From contig JAZLMR010000068.1 in the NCBI GenBank assembly GCA_045598785.1, positions 1 through 56,722 of the forward strand: DNA of 56,722 bases, given 5' to 3'. Shown here in pieces: positions 38,922-48,272 of this stretch (position 1 is the first letter of the stretch; each line of letters begins with the position of its first letter). The translations under genes were made by a program, and so were the position numbers. The stretch comes from Kiritimatiellia bacterium (GTDB lineage: Bacteria > Verrucomicrobiota > Kiritimatiellia > RFP12 > UBA1067). The notes under the pieces are model-generated. The model was not told where the DNA came from and ran no database searches. It saw nothing but the letters and a program-made list of their open reading frames with translations.

Positions 38922-39722
38922 ATGAATAACGAGACATTTGATTTTGAGGCGCTGCTGGACAATCAGTTCAAGGGGATCCGACGCGGGTATAAGTTCGGCA
39001 AGTCGTTTAACGAAGACAAGTCGCTGGTGCGTCCGCAGCGGCCGGCGGTTGCCGTCGGTTCCGACGACAACGCCACCATCAAGGCGGCCTGGGATGCCGG
39101 CGAGGCGATTTCGGGGCTGGTCGAAAAGGAAGTGAAGGGCGGCTTTGAGGTGACGGTGGCCGGTCAGCGCGCGTTTTGCCCCGTCAGCCAGATCGACCGC
39201 TTCAAGAAGGAGGCTTCCGAATATCTCGGGCGCAAGTTTGACTTCATCGTCACCGAGTATTCGACGGACGAGCGCGGGCTCAACGTGGTGGTTTCCCGTC
39301 GGGCGCTGCAGGAGGTCGAAGCCGAGGCGATGAAGGAGGCCATGCTTGCGCAGCTTAATGAGGGCGAGACGCTCAACGGCACGGTCACGCGGGTTATGGA
39401 TTTCGGAGCTTTCGTCGACCTCGGAGGAATCGAAGGACTGATTCCGGCGCGGGAAGTCGCGTGGGAGCGGGTTGACGATCTCAACACGGTGCTCAAGTCC
39501 GGCGACGGCGTGACCGTGAAGATTCTGCGCATCGACCGCGAGGAAGGCAAGCTTACGCTGTCGCGCAAGGAGTGCATCGCCCGCGTCTTCAAGCGCTCGC
39601 CCGAAGACGAAGCGGCGGCCAAGTCGGCGGCCGAGGTCGCCGAATGGATGAAGGCGAATGCCGAGAAGAACGCCAACGTCGGTTCGATGGCCGCGGCCTT
39701 TGACGGCCTGAAACTCGGATGA
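38922..39722 (+). CDS. S1 RNA-binding domain protein (two S1 domains)
   Basis: GEAISGLVEKEVKGGFEVTVAGQRAFCPVSQI and GETLNGTVTRVMDFGAFVDLGGIEGLIPAREVAWERV...VKILRIDREEGKLTLSRKE. Confidence 0.8.
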   Translation: MNNETFDFEALLDNQFKGIRRGYKFGKSFNEDKSLVRPQRPAVAVGSDDNATIKAAWDAGEAISGLVEKEVKGGFEVTVAGQRAFCPVSQIDRFKKEASEYLGRKFDFIVTEYSTDERGLNVVVSRRALQEVEAEAMKEAMLAQLNEGETLNGTVTRVMDFGAFVDLGGIEGLIPAREVAWERVDDLNTVLKSGDGVTVKILRIDREEGKLTLSRKECIARVFKRSPEDEAAAKSAAEVAEWMKANAEKNANVGSMAAAFDGLKLG

Positions 39723-40036
39723 AAACGCCGGCCGACAAGCTGATTCACTTCAGTTTCGACTCGCACCCGACCAAACGGCTGGAGGAGCGCTGGTCAGCGA
39801 AACTGACTTTTCCGCCCGGGTCGACGGCGACCACCGTGCTGCCGATTGAAATCGTCGACGGCAACGGCGTTCCGGTTAGGGCGGCGACCTTTGAATTTGC
39901 GGGGCAGCGGCTGCCGGTCAAGGACGGCCAGGCCTCAATTGTCTATGCCGATTTCATCCGCGGCAAGCACGAGGTCGCGCTGTGGCTTTATCGGGAGGGG
40001 ATGCCGCCGATTCCCGGCGGGCTGACTTTTAAGTGA
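39719..40036 (+). CDS. Hypothetical small protein (105 aa), translationally coupled on both sides
   Basis: ATGA overlap with the S1 gene and TGATG overlap with the next gene. Coding-like codon usage. No motif recognised. Confidence 0.5.
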   Translation: MKTPADKLIHFSFDSHPTKRLEERWSAKLTFPPGSTATTVLPIEIVDGNGVPVRAATFEFAGQRLPVKDGQASIVYADFIRGKHEVALWLYREGMPPIPGGLTFK

Positions 40037-40617
40037 TGGAAAAACTGCCTGACAGCGAATGGCTCGAACATCTCAAGGCCGGCGACGACCTCGGGTGGCG
40101 GCAGGTCTGGGAGCGGGTGATCGCGCCGGAAGCGCGGTCGCTCCGGTCGGCCGAGCTGATGAAACGCTATTCGCTTACCGACGGCGACTTGATGGGCATG
40201 CTCTATGAAGAGATGCTCTCGCGGGGCAAGTTGGTGCTTTTCCGCGGTGAAGGCAGTCTCGAAGGGTGGCTCAAGCGCTATGTGCGCGGGTTTGTGCTCA
40301 ATGCCAATCCGAACAAGCACGGCGAGATCTCGATCGAAGGCGCCCACACCGACGAGAGCGGCGAAGCGGAGGCAATGGAGCTGCCGCAGCGCGACGTCGA
40401 GGTGGTGCGCAGCGAGGTGTGGCGGATGACGCTCTGGTGCTTCCGCAAGCTGTGGAATGAGGATCCGGTGCGCTGCTATGTGCATTTGCTGAAGACGCGC
40501 TTCTTCCTGAAGAGCGACGAGATCAAGGAATTCCTCGACGAGTCTTCGGCGGCGAATGTCGATCAGATCTTTTCTCGCAGCGTCAAGTTCATGCGTGAGC
40601 TGGCCTCGCGCTTTTAA
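40036..40617 (+). CDS. Divergent sigma-70/ECF-like factor (regions 2 and 4 like)
   Basis: WLEHLKAGDDLGWRQVWERV...LFRGEGSLEGWLKRYVRGFVLN fits the ECF region-2 pattern. The C-terminal SDEIKEFLDESSAANVDQIFSRSVKFMREL is region-4-like. Similarity is weak. Confidence 0.45.
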   Translation: MEKLPDSEWLEHLKAGDDLGWRQVWERVIAPEARSLRSAELMKRYSLTDGDLMGMLYEEMLSRGKLVLFRGEGSLEGWLKRYVRGFVLNANPNKHGEISIEGAHTDESGEAEAMELPQRDVEVVRSEVWRMTLWCFRKLWNEDPVRCYVHLLKTRFFLKSDEIKEFLDESSAANVDQIFSRSVKFMRELASRF

Positions 40618-40629
40618 GGAGTCAGGCGA

Positions 40630-41550
40630 ATGAAGTACAAATCGATTCTGGAGACCGTCGGCGGCACACCGTTGGTCGAGGCTTCGTCGCGGTTGAACCC
40701 GACGGCGGCGAAGTTGTATTTGAAAGTCGAGTCGTTCAATCCCGGCGGCAGTGCCAAGGACCGGGTGGCGATTGCGATGCTGGCGGCGGCAGAAGCCGAC
40801 GGCCGGCTGCGCCCGGGCGGCACGGTCATCGAGCCGACGAGCGGCAATACCGGCATCGGGCTCGCGCAGGCCTGCGCGGTGCGGGGGTATCGGATGATTC
40901 TGGTCATGCCCGACACGATGAGCGTCGAGCGCATCAAGCTGGCGCGGGCCTACGGGGCCGAGGTGGTGCTGACGCCGGGGGCGGAGGGCATGGCGGGGTC
41001 GATTGCCAAGGCGGAGGAACTGAAGGCGTCGATTGCCGGCGCGATGATCGCTGGGCAGTTCGTGAACCCGGCCAATGCCGCGGCGCACGAGCGGACGACC
41101 GGGCCGGAAATCTGGCAGGACCTCGAAGGCCGGGTCGATGCGTTCGTCGCCGGGGTTGGCACGGGCGGCACGCTGACTGGCGTCGGCCGTTATCTGCGCG
41201 CGCAGAATCCTGCCGTCGGAATTTATGCGGTGGAGCCGGCGGCAAGCCCGCTGCTGTCGAAGGGCGTGGCGGGGCCGCATCAGTTGCAGGGCATCGGCGC
41301 GAATTTCGTCCCCGAGGTTCTGGACCGTTCGCTGATAACCGAAGTGCTGACGGTCAGCGACGACGAAGCCGGCAAGTTCGCGCGGCGGCTCGGCGCGGTG
41401 GAAGGCATTCTTGCCGGCATCTCTTCCGGCGCGGCGGTGGCGGCGGCGCTTCGGCTGGCGGCGCGGCCCGAATTCGCCGGCAAGCACATCGTGGCGCTGT
41501 TGCCGGATACTGGCGAGCGCTACCTGTCGACTTGGCTGTTCGCAGACTGA
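40630..41550 (+). CDS. cysK: Cysteine synthase A (O-acetylserine sulfhydrylase)
   Basis: ETVGGTPLV, NPGGSAKDRVA (PLP lysine), TSGNTGIGLA, GVGTGGTLTG. Confidence 0.9.
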   Translation: MKYKSILETVGGTPLVEASSRLNPTAAKLYLKVESFNPGGSAKDRVAIAMLAAAEADGRLRPGGTVIEPTSGNTGIGLAQACAVRGYRMILVMPDTMSVERIKLARAYGAEVVLTPGAEGMAGSIAKAEELKASIAGAMIAGQFVNPANAAAHERTTGPEIWQDLEGRVDAFVAGVGTGGTLTGVGRYLRAQNPAVGIYAVEPAASPLLSKGVAGPHQLQGIGANFVPEVLDRSLITEVLTVSDDEAGKFARRLGAVEGILAGISSGAAVAAALRLAARPEFAGKHIVALLPDTGERYLSTWLFAD

Positions 41551-41558
41551 CGAACACG

Positions 41559-42527
41559 ATGCGCAAGGTCGCGGTAGGCATTTCCGGGGGCGTGGATTCG
41601 GCGGTGGCCGTGCGGTTGCTGCAGGAGCGCGGCCTGGGCGGCGAACCTTGCGAAGTGGTGGGCGTGACGATGACGCTCGGGCGCGCGGACGAGGCGCAGT
41701 CGGTCGCGGAGGCGCGGCGGGCGGCGGCCCGGCTCGGCGTCCGGCTGGAGCTGGTGGACCTGGCCGACGAATGGCGCCGACGGGTGACGCAGGACTTGCG
41801 CGACACCTACTTGCGGGGACAGACTCCGAATCCCTGCGTCCGCTGCAACGAGTTCGTCAAGTTCGGTCAATTGCCGCGCTATGCCTTTTCGCAGCTGGGC
41901 TGCGACTTGTTTGCGACCGGACACTATGCGAGGCTGGAGCGGAGCGACGGCCGGGTGCGGCTGCTTCGCGCGCGTGACCGCACCAAGGACCAGAGCTATT
42001 TCCTCTATCGCGTCGACCCGGAGATTTTGGCGCGGACGGTGCTGCCGCTCGGCGAGCTGACGAAGGCGGAGGTGCGCGAATACGCGCGGCAGCAGCAGCT
42101 GGAGGTCGCCGACCAGGGCGACAGCCAGGATTTCTGCGGCGGGGAGGTGCGCGCGTTCGTCGGCGCCGAACCGCGCGAAGGCAACATCGTCACCCGCGAC
42201 GGCAAGGTGCTGGGCAGGCATTCGGGCATCTGGAACTATACGGTCGGCAAGCGCAAGGGGCTCGGAATCGGCGGCGGAATCCCGTATTACGTCGTGGAAC
42301 TGCGCGCGGCCAGCAACGAAGTGGTGGTGGCGTTTCGCGAGGAGGCGATCTGCCGCGAATTGCGATTGGTCGAGACCGTCGGTCGCATCGACCTTTCGCT
42401 GCCGGTCAAGGTGCGCAGCGCCGGCGAGCCGCGACTGCTGGCGGACGGCGTGCTCGGGGTGGCGCCCGGGCAGAGCGCGGTATTCTATGACGGTGACGAA
42501 ATCGTCGGCGGCGGCATCATCGCCTAG
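41559..42527 (+). CDS. mnmA: tRNA 2-thiouridine(34) synthase MnmA
   Basis: PP-loop VAVGISGGVDSAVA, NPCVRCNEFVKF, DQSYFLY, and the C-terminal beta-barrel region. Confidence 0.9.
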   Translation: MRKVAVGISGGVDSAVAVRLLQERGLGGEPCEVVGVTMTLGRADEAQSVAEARRAAARLGVRLELVDLADEWRRRVTQDLRDTYLRGQTPNPCVRCNEFVKFGQLPRYAFSQLGCDLFATGHYARLERSDGRVRLLRARDRTKDQSYFLYRVDPEILARTVLPLGELTKAEVREYARQQQLEVADQGDSQDFCGGEVRAFVGAEPREGNIVTRDGKVLGRHSGIWNYTVGKRKGLGIGGGIPYYVVELRAASNEVVVAFREEAICRELRLVETVGRIDLSLPVKVRSAGEPRLLADGVLGVAPGQSAVFYDGDEIVGGGIIA

Positions 42528-42557
42528 GTGGCAGCTAAGAAAGGGAGTGAAGGCAAA

Positions 42558-43403
42558 ATGTTTGACTTGGCGAAGAAAAAGGCGTTTGTCTGCGATTTGG
42601 ACGGGACGCTCTTCATGGGCGCAAAGCCGATTCCGAGCGCGGTGAAGTTCGTGATCGAGAATACGCGCTCCGGGCGCTTTAAGTTCTTTTATCTTACCAA
42701 CAACACTTCCAAGTGCCCGGAGGAGTATCTGAAAAAGATCGCCGGCGCGGAGATTCCGGTCGCTCCCGAGCAGATCTTGACGCCGCTCATCACCCTTGAA
42801 GCCTACATCCGCGAGCGAGGGTATAAGTCGGTTTACCTGATTGCCACGGAGAAGGTGCGCGCGCATATGGCGGAACGGCTGCGGGACGCGAAGGTCCGCT
42901 TCGAATATGACCCCGAGGCGAACGAGCTGATTGCGCTTGCCTACGACCGCGAAATCACCTACGAGAAACTGGCGAACGCCACTCGGCTTTGGAATATGCG
43001 CAACGTGCCGGCGAGTCCGATGTGCCCGGTGCGGACGCGCAACACCCGGCCGGTCGATTTCGTCGGCACCCACCCCGACAACTGCTGTCCGAGCGAGATG
43101 GGACCAATCCCAGACATGGGCGCGCTCATGAAGCTCCTGGAGCTCACTAACGGCATGAAGCCGACTCACGTGTTCGGCAAGCCCTCGCCGTCGCTGCTTC
43201 AGCCCGTGCTGGCCGAGTTTCGCCCGGAGGAGATAGCCGTCGTCGGCGACCGGCTTTATACCGACAAGGCGATTGCCGACAATGCCGGCGTCGACTTCGT
43301 CTGCGTCCTTTCCGGCGAGACGACGCCAGAGGATCTTAAAAGCTACGTCGGCAAGCCGCCGGCGATCGTCGTGGAGACTTTTGATCGAGTGGCGCAGGCC
43401 TGA
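42558..43403 (+). CDS. HAD-IIA family hydrolase (NagD-like)
   Basis: FVCDLDGTLF, YLTNNTS, GKPSP, VVGDRLYTDK. There is an Arg/Pro-rich insertion of about 20 aa before the cap/core junction. Confidence 0.7.
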   Translation: MFDLAKKKAFVCDLDGTLFMGAKPIPSAVKFVIENTRSGRFKFFYLTNNTSKCPEEYLKKIAGAEIPVAPEQILTPLITLEAYIRERGYKSVYLIATEKVRAHMAERLRDAKVRFEYDPEANELIALAYDREITYEKLANATRLWNMRNVPASPMCPVRTRNTRPVDFVGTHPDNCCPSEMGPIPDMGALMKLLELTNGMKPTHVFGKPSPSLLQPVLAEFRPEEIAVVGDRLYTDKAIADNAGVDFVCVLSGETTPEDLKSYVGKPPAIVVETFDRVAQA

Positions 43404-43415
43404 AAGGGGACGGGC

Positions 43416-44414
43416 GTGGAGCCGGGCAAGCCAATTTCGGTCGTCTATGCTACCGACGAGAACTACGTCAAGCTGACGGCGGTATCGATGGTGTCGCTCC
43501 TCAAGGCGAATCCCGGCACCACCGTGTATTTGCTGACGGATCGGGTAAGCGCTTCGTCGCTGGCGCTCCTTCGCGAGCGGGCCGAGCGGTTCGGCGGCAC
43601 CTTGCAGGCGGTGCCGGTCGAGGCGCAGCTGAAGCAGGTGAGCGAAATCGGAGCCGGGCGCTATGTCGCCTACGCGGCCTATGCGCGGCTCTTTTTGCCA
43701 GCGCTGTTGCCGGCGACGGTGGAGCGCGTCGTGTATCTGGACAGCGACACGCTGGTGACGGGTTCGCTGGCGCCGCTCGCCTCGCTGGACTTGAAGGGCA
43801 AGGCCTTTGCCATTGGCTACGATTGTCTGGGGGCGGCTTACAAGCAGCTGGTGGGGCTCAAGCCCAGTGACCCCTATTACAATTCCGGCGTCTTGGTGAT
43901 GGATTTGCGGGAATGGCGCCGGCGGCGCTGCGCGGAGCGGATTTTCGAGCACATGCGCAAGGTTCGCTGCGATTACCTGATGGGCGATCAGGACTATTTC
44001 TCAGTCGTGTTGGCGGAAGATGCGGCGGTGCTGCCGCCGGCCTATAATTTCCTTACGCATTTTCAGCTCTTCAAGACGCAGCGGATGGCGTTACTGGCGA
44101 CCAAGCTGCGGCCCGAGTGCTGGTATTCGCGCGAAGCGTACGCCGAAGCGCAGCGGCAGCCGGTCATCCGGCATTTTCTCGGGCATACGCTCGGGCGGCC
44201 GTGGTATCGTCAGTCGCGCAATCCGTTGCGGCCGCGGTATGTGCAAGCGGCGGCAGAAGCGGGGGTGAGCGAAGTTGCTGAGCAGTCGCGACCGCTGGAG
44301 TTCTGCTATCGGGTGCAGGAGCGTTGCTGGCGCTGGCTGCCGCAGTCGCTGTTTGCGCTCGCCTGCCGCGCGATGTACACCTATTTCTTCTGGCGTAGCT
44401 ACGGCGTGTGGTGA
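43416..44414 (+). CDS. Glycosyltransferase family 8 (LPS/glycogenin-like retaining GT)
   Basis: VVYATDENYV, YARLFLPALLP, the DxD motif YLDSDTLV, YYNSGVLVMDL. GTG start. Confidence 0.8.
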   Translation: MEPGKPISVVYATDENYVKLTAVSMVSLLKANPGTTVYLLTDRVSASSLALLRERAERFGGTLQAVPVEAQLKQVSEIGAGRYVAYAAYARLFLPALLPATVERVVYLDSDTLVTGSLAPLASLDLKGKAFAIGYDCLGAAYKQLVGLKPSDPYYNSGVLVMDLREWRRRRCAERIFEHMRKVRCDYLMGDQDYFSVVLAEDAAVLPPAYNFLTHFQLFKTQRMALLATKLRPECWYSREAYAEAQRQPVIRHFLGHTLGRPWYRQSRNPLRPRYVQAAAEAGVSEVAEQSRPLEFCYRVQERCWRWLPQSLFALACRAMYTYFFWRSYGVW

Positions 44415-44430
44415 ACCCAGCCGCGATTTT

Positions 44431-44439
44431 TGGTATAAT
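44431..44439 (+). promoter_or_regulatory. Extended -10 promoter element TGGTATAAT for rpiB::glyA
   Basis: TGnTATAAT, then the SD sequence AAGGAG (44457-44462) and ATG 44468. Confidence 0.6.
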
Positions 44440-44467
44440 ATCCGAACATTTTCACCAAGGAGAAATT

Positions 44468-46147
44468 ATGCGAATTGCAATCGGTTCCGATCATGGCGGA
44501 TTTGAGATGAAAACGGCATTAATGAAGTCGTTTTCCGGCGAATACACTTTCATCGACAAGGGCACGGATTCCCGCGCCAGCTGTGATTACGCCGACTACG
44601 CCATCGAAGTGGCGAAGGCGGTGGCGATGGGGCAGGCGGATTTCGGCGTCTTGATCTGCCGTAGCGGCATCGGCATGGCGATGACCGCCAACCGCTTTCA
44701 GAACGTTCGCGCGGCGATCTGCGGCACCACCGAGCAGGCGACGGTGACGCGCCAGCACAACGACGCCAACGTGCTCTGCCTCGGCGCGGATCTCGTCTCC
44801 CTGGATTACGCCCGCGAGATCTTCAAGACCTTCGTCACCACGCCGGTCGACAACGACGAGCGTCACCAGCGGCGGCGCTGGAAGCTCGAACGCTCCGAGC
44901 GGCTTTCCGACTGCTCGGGCCTGATGCGCGACGACCCGGATATCTTTGCCGCCATCGAGGCGCAGACGAAGCAGGAGGACGCCGAAATCAACTTGATTGC
45001 GTCGGAGAACACCTCTTCGCGCGCCTGTCGTGAGGCGGCGGGTTCGGTGCTGATGAACAAGTATGCCGAGGGCTATCCGGGCAAGCGCTGGTATTCGGGC
45101 TGCCTGCCGGTCGATGCGGCCGAGACGATTGCCTGTCAGCGCGCCTGCCAGCTCTTCGGCGCCGAGCACGCCAATGTCCAGCCGCACTGCGGCAGCGCGG
45201 CCAACATGGCGGTCTATTTTGCCACCATCAAGCCGGGCGACACCATCATGTCGCTGTCGCTCGACCAGGGCGGCCACCTGTCGCACGGCTCGCCGGTCAA
45301 TTTCTCCGGCAAGATCTACAACATCGTGCCGTATACGGTCGATCCCAAGACTGAGATGCTTGACTATGACGCCATAGAGCGGCAGGCGCTCGAGGTGAAG
45401 CCGAAAATCCTCCTGACCGGCGCTTCGGCCTATCCGCGCAAACTGGACTTTCGGCGCATTCGCGAAATTTGCGACCGGGTCGGGTGCATCATGATGGTCG
45501 ACATGGCGCACATCGCGGGGCTGGTGGCCGGCGGTGCGCACGAATCTCCCGTGCCGTATGCGGACTTCGTGACTACCACGACCCACAAGACGCTGGGCGG
45601 GCCGCGCGGCGGCATGGTGCTCTGCAAGGAGAAGTGGGCGAAGGCGCTCGACAGCGCCGTTTTCCCGGGTATGCAGGGCGGGCCGCTGGAAAACATCATC
45701 GCGGCGAAGGCGGTCATGCTGCGCGAATGGATGAGTCCGGCCAAGAAGGGCTATGCGCAGCAGGTCGTCAAGAACTGCGCGGTGATGTGCAAGACCATTC
45801 AGGATCGTGGCTATCGGATCGTCTCGGGCGGCACCGACAATCACCTCTTCCTGGTTGACGTCAAGGCCACCAAGGGCATTACCGGCAAGGAGGCGGCAGC
45901 GGCGCTGGATGCGGCCGGCATCATCGTCAACAAGAACACGATTCCGTTTGACACCGAATCGCCGTTTCGCACCTCGGGCATCCGCGTGGGCACCGCTTCG
46001 GCGACAACCCGCGGGATGAAGGAGCCGGAAATGATCAAGATCGGCACTTGGATCGCCGATGTCCTCGACAATATCGCCGACACCTCCGTTCAGGCCCGGG
46101 TGAAGCAACAGGCGGCCGAATTGGTGGCGGGCTTCCCGGTTCCGTAA
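44468..46147 (+). CDS. glyA: Fusion protein: ribose-5-phosphate isomerase B (aa ~1-150) + serine hydroxymethyltransferase
   Basis: RpiB: IAIGSDHGG, CRSGIGMAMTANR, ERHQRR. The same frame continues into SHMT: LIASENTSS, NKYAEGYPGKRWYSGC, TTTHKTLGGPRGG. There is no stop codon between them. Confidence 0.88.
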   Translation: MRIAIGSDHGGFEMKTALMKSFSGEYTFIDKGTDSRASCDYADYAIEVAKAVAMGQADFGVLICRSGIGMAMTANRFQNVRAAICGTTEQATVTRQHNDANVLCLGADLVSLDYAREIFKTFVTTPVDNDERHQRRRWKLERSERLSDCSGLMRDDPDIFAAIEAQTKQEDAEINLIASENTSSRACREAAGSVLMNKYAEGYPGKRWYSGCLPVDAAETIACQRACQLFGAEHANVQPHCGSAANMAVYFATIKPGDTIMSLSLDQGGHLSHGSPVNFSGKIYNIVPYTVDPKTEMLDYDAIERQALEVKPKILLTGASAYPRKLDFRRIREICDRVGCIMMVDMAHIAGLVAGGAHESPVPYADFVTTTTHKTLGGPRGGMVLCKEKWAKALDSAVFPGMQGGPLENIIAAKAVMLREWMSPAKKGYAQQVVKNCAVMCKTIQDRGYRIVSGGTDNHLFLVDVKATKGITGKEAAAALDAAGIIVNKNTIPFDTESPFRTSGIRVGTASATTRGMKEPEMIKIGTWIADVLDNIADTSVQARVKQQAAELVAGFPVP

Positions 46148-46176
46148 TCACAGAGTGGGCTTAAGGGTTTTCCCGT

Positions 46177-46614
46177 ATGATGGCAACACGCAGACAGGCC
46201 CGCGAATGGGCCATTCAGATGCTTACGGCGGCCGAGCTGAATCCGCCGGACGATGTCGCTTCGTTCATGGCTGACTACTGGCAGCTGCTGGCCGAACTTG
46301 ACGAGACGGACGGTGGCGGGGCAATCAAGCCGGGCAAGTTGCGGCAGTTCGCGGAAGACCGGGTCACCGGGGTGCTCGCGTCGCTCAAGGAGCTTGACGC
46401 GATTCTGGTGCCCTTGCTCGACCATTGGGATCTGTACCGCTTGGGCACAGTCGAACGGACGGTGCTGCGCATGGGCATCTGGGAAATGAAGAACACCGAT
46501 GTGCCCAAGGCGGTCGCCATCAACGAGGCGATTGACCTGGCCAATTGGTTTTCGTCGCCGAAGTCGCGCCCGATCGTCAATGGCGTGCTCGACAAATTCG
46601 CGAAGAGTCTGTAA
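46177..46614 (+). CDS. nusB: Transcription antitermination factor NusB
   Basis: RRQAREWAIQMLT..., ...RLGTVERTVLRMGIWEM..., AINEAIDLA, NGVLD. Confidence 0.85.
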   Translation: MMATRRQAREWAIQMLTAAELNPPDDVASFMADYWQLLAELDETDGGGAIKPGKLRQFAEDRVTGVLASLKELDAILVPLLDHWDLYRLGTVERTVLRMGIWEMKNTDVPKAVAINEAIDLANWFSSPKSRPIVNGVLDKFAKSL

Positions 46615-47601
46615 TTGAAAGCCTGCGTCCAACCCGACGATTATATGCTGCGGGCGCTGGCGCTCGCTCGTCGGGGAGAAGGCCACACCCGCCCGAATCC
46701 GCCGGTCGGCGCCGTCATCGTGCTTGACGGCCAGATTGTCGGCGAGGGCTGGCATCGGCGGGCCGGTCATGACCATGCCGAAGTGGCCGCCATCAAGTCG
46801 GCGCAACGGCGGGGCTGGGACAAACTTCAGGGGGCGACGCTTTGGGTCACGCTGGAGCCGTGTTCGCGCCCCGGGCGTGTCGGTGCCTGCACCGACGCCA
46901 TCATCGCTTCGGGGGTTTCCGAAGTGGTGTACGCAGTGGCCGATCCCAATCCGACAAATCACGGTCGCGCCCGGCGCATTTTGGCCAAGCACGGCATCCG
47001 CTGCCGGCAGCTCGCCGTCGCCAATCCGGCGCGTCAGCAGGCCGAAGAACTGCTGCGGCCGTTTGCGAAACATATCATTACCGGACTTCCCTATGTGACC
47101 GTCAAGCTGGCGATGACGCTTGATGGCCGAATTTGCGACATGAGCGGCGATGCGAAGTGGATTTCTTCCGCCGCCGCCCGCCGGCAGACCGGCAAGTTGC
47201 GCGAGCGCGTCGATGCGATTATGGTGGGAGCGGAAACGGTGCGGCGCGACAATCCCTCGCTATTGTCGCATGGCCGCGCCAATCCCGATCTGCTGCGCGT
47301 CGTCGTCAGCAGTAGCGGCAAGTTGCCGAAGTCGGCGCAGGTCTTTACCGACGGCAAGAATCCGACGGCAGTATTTCCCGATGCGGAACTGGCGATTCGC
47401 GAATTAGGCAAGCTCGGGGCCTTGCATGTGCTTTGTGAAGGCGGGCTCAAATTGGCGACGGCCCTGGCCAAGGCGGGACTCGTCGACGAATGGCTGACCG
47501 TGCTCGTCCCCAAGGTGCTTGGCGAACGCCCCATTGGCGAGGCTACGACGATACCTCGGTTCCGCTTACTTCCGGATGGCGATTTGCTATACTATCCTTA
47601 A
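46615..47601 (+). CDS. ribD: Bifunctional riboflavin biosynthesis protein RibD (deaminase + reductase)
   Basis: NPPVGAVIV, HAEVAAI, TLEPCS..GRVGACTDAI, then the reductase domain ...VTVKLAMTLDGR.... The start is either TTG 46615 or ATG 46645. Confidence 0.85.
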   Translation: MKACVQPDDYMLRALALARRGEGHTRPNPPVGAVIVLDGQIVGEGWHRRAGHDHAEVAAIKSAQRRGWDKLQGATLWVTLEPCSRPGRVGACTDAIIASGVSEVVYAVADPNPTNHGRARRILAKHGIRCRQLAVANPARQQAEELLRPFAKHIITGLPYVTVKLAMTLDGRICDMSGDAKWISSAAARRQTGKLRERVDAIMVGAETVRRDNPSLLSHGRANPDLLRVVVSSSGKLPKSAQVFTDGKNPTAVFPDAELAIRELGKLGALHVLCEGGLKLATALAKAGLVDEWLTVLVPKVLGERPIGEATTIPRFRLLPDGDLLYYP

Positions 47602-47625
47602 ATTTAGTTTAACCGCTTTCATTTG

Positions 47626-48258
47626 ATGTTTACAGGTCTCATTCAGCGTATTGGCACGGTAAAGCGCATCAGCCGCGGCGCCGGGCTCGTTTTGGAGATT
47701 GCGGCCGACCAGCCGTGGCCGCAGCCGATGGCGGCCGGGGAATCGGTGGCGGTCAACGGCGTTTGCCTGACCGTCGTCAAATGCGAGGGTTCGCGGTTTA
47801 CGGCCGACGTGCTACGGGAAACCGAGTCGCGCACGGGACTGGGCGAACTAGTGCCCGGCGCCAAAGTCAATCTCGAACGGGCGCTTCGTGCGGGCGAGGC
47901 GATGGGCGGGCATATCGTTCAGGGGCATGTGGATTGCCGCGGCAAGATCATCGAAAAAACGGCCAAGGGTCGCGATTTCCGGCTGACGGTGGAATGCGGA
48001 AGGGTGCTGGCCGCGCAGTCGGTGCTCAAAGGCTCGATTACCATTGACGGCGTTTCGCTCACGATTTCCGCGCTGGGTGACAGCCGAATTTCGGTAGATG
48101 TAATTCCCACGACGGCGACGAGCACCACGCTGGGGCGACTGAAGCCGGGCGATCAGGTCAATCTCGAAGGCGATGTCCTCGGCAAATATGTCGCCAAGCT
48201 GATGCCGCCGGCGAGCCGCCTCCGCGTCGAGGACCTGCAAAGGGCGGGCTTCATTTGA
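47626..48258 (+). CDS. ribE: Riboflavin synthase (alpha chain)
   Basis: MFTGLIQRIGTV, VNGVCLTV, a duplicated lumazine-binding repeat with GSITIDGVSLT. Confidence 0.9.
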   Translation: MFTGLIQRIGTVKRISRGAGLVLEIAADQPWPQPMAAGESVAVNGVCLTVVKCEGSRFTADVLRETESRTGLGELVPGAKVNLERALRAGEAMGGHIVQGHVDCRGKIIEKTAKGRDFRLTVECGRVLAAQSVLKGSITIDGVSLTISALGDSRISVDVIPTTATSTTLGRLKPGDQVNLEGDVLGKYVAKLMPPASRLRVEDLQRAGFI

Positions 48259-48264
48259 TATAAT
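48256..48264 (+). promoter_or_regulatory. Extended -10 promoter element TGATATAAT (the TGA is the ribE stop codon), 8 nt upstream of the hisB ATG
   Basis: TGnTATAAT. The gap tatcttat has no SD sequence before ATG 48273. Confidence 0.5.
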
Positions 48265-48272
48265 TATCTTAT

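Noticed and set aside
42930-43010. Arg/Pro-rich ~20-aa insertion in the HAD-IIA hydrolase (NMRNVPASPMCPVRTRNTRPVDF) as a possible frameshifted segment or inserted element.
   Set aside because: The frame is continuous, the flanking HAD motifs are in the same frame, and no repeat or palindrome is associated with it. It is more likely lineage-specific loop variation.
46560-46650. FMN riboswitch upstream of ribD, and other riboswitches upstream of glyA, cysK and the his genes.
   Set aside because: ribD starts directly at the nusB stop codon with no leader. The leaders of the other genes are 0-30 nt long, too short for any riboswitch.
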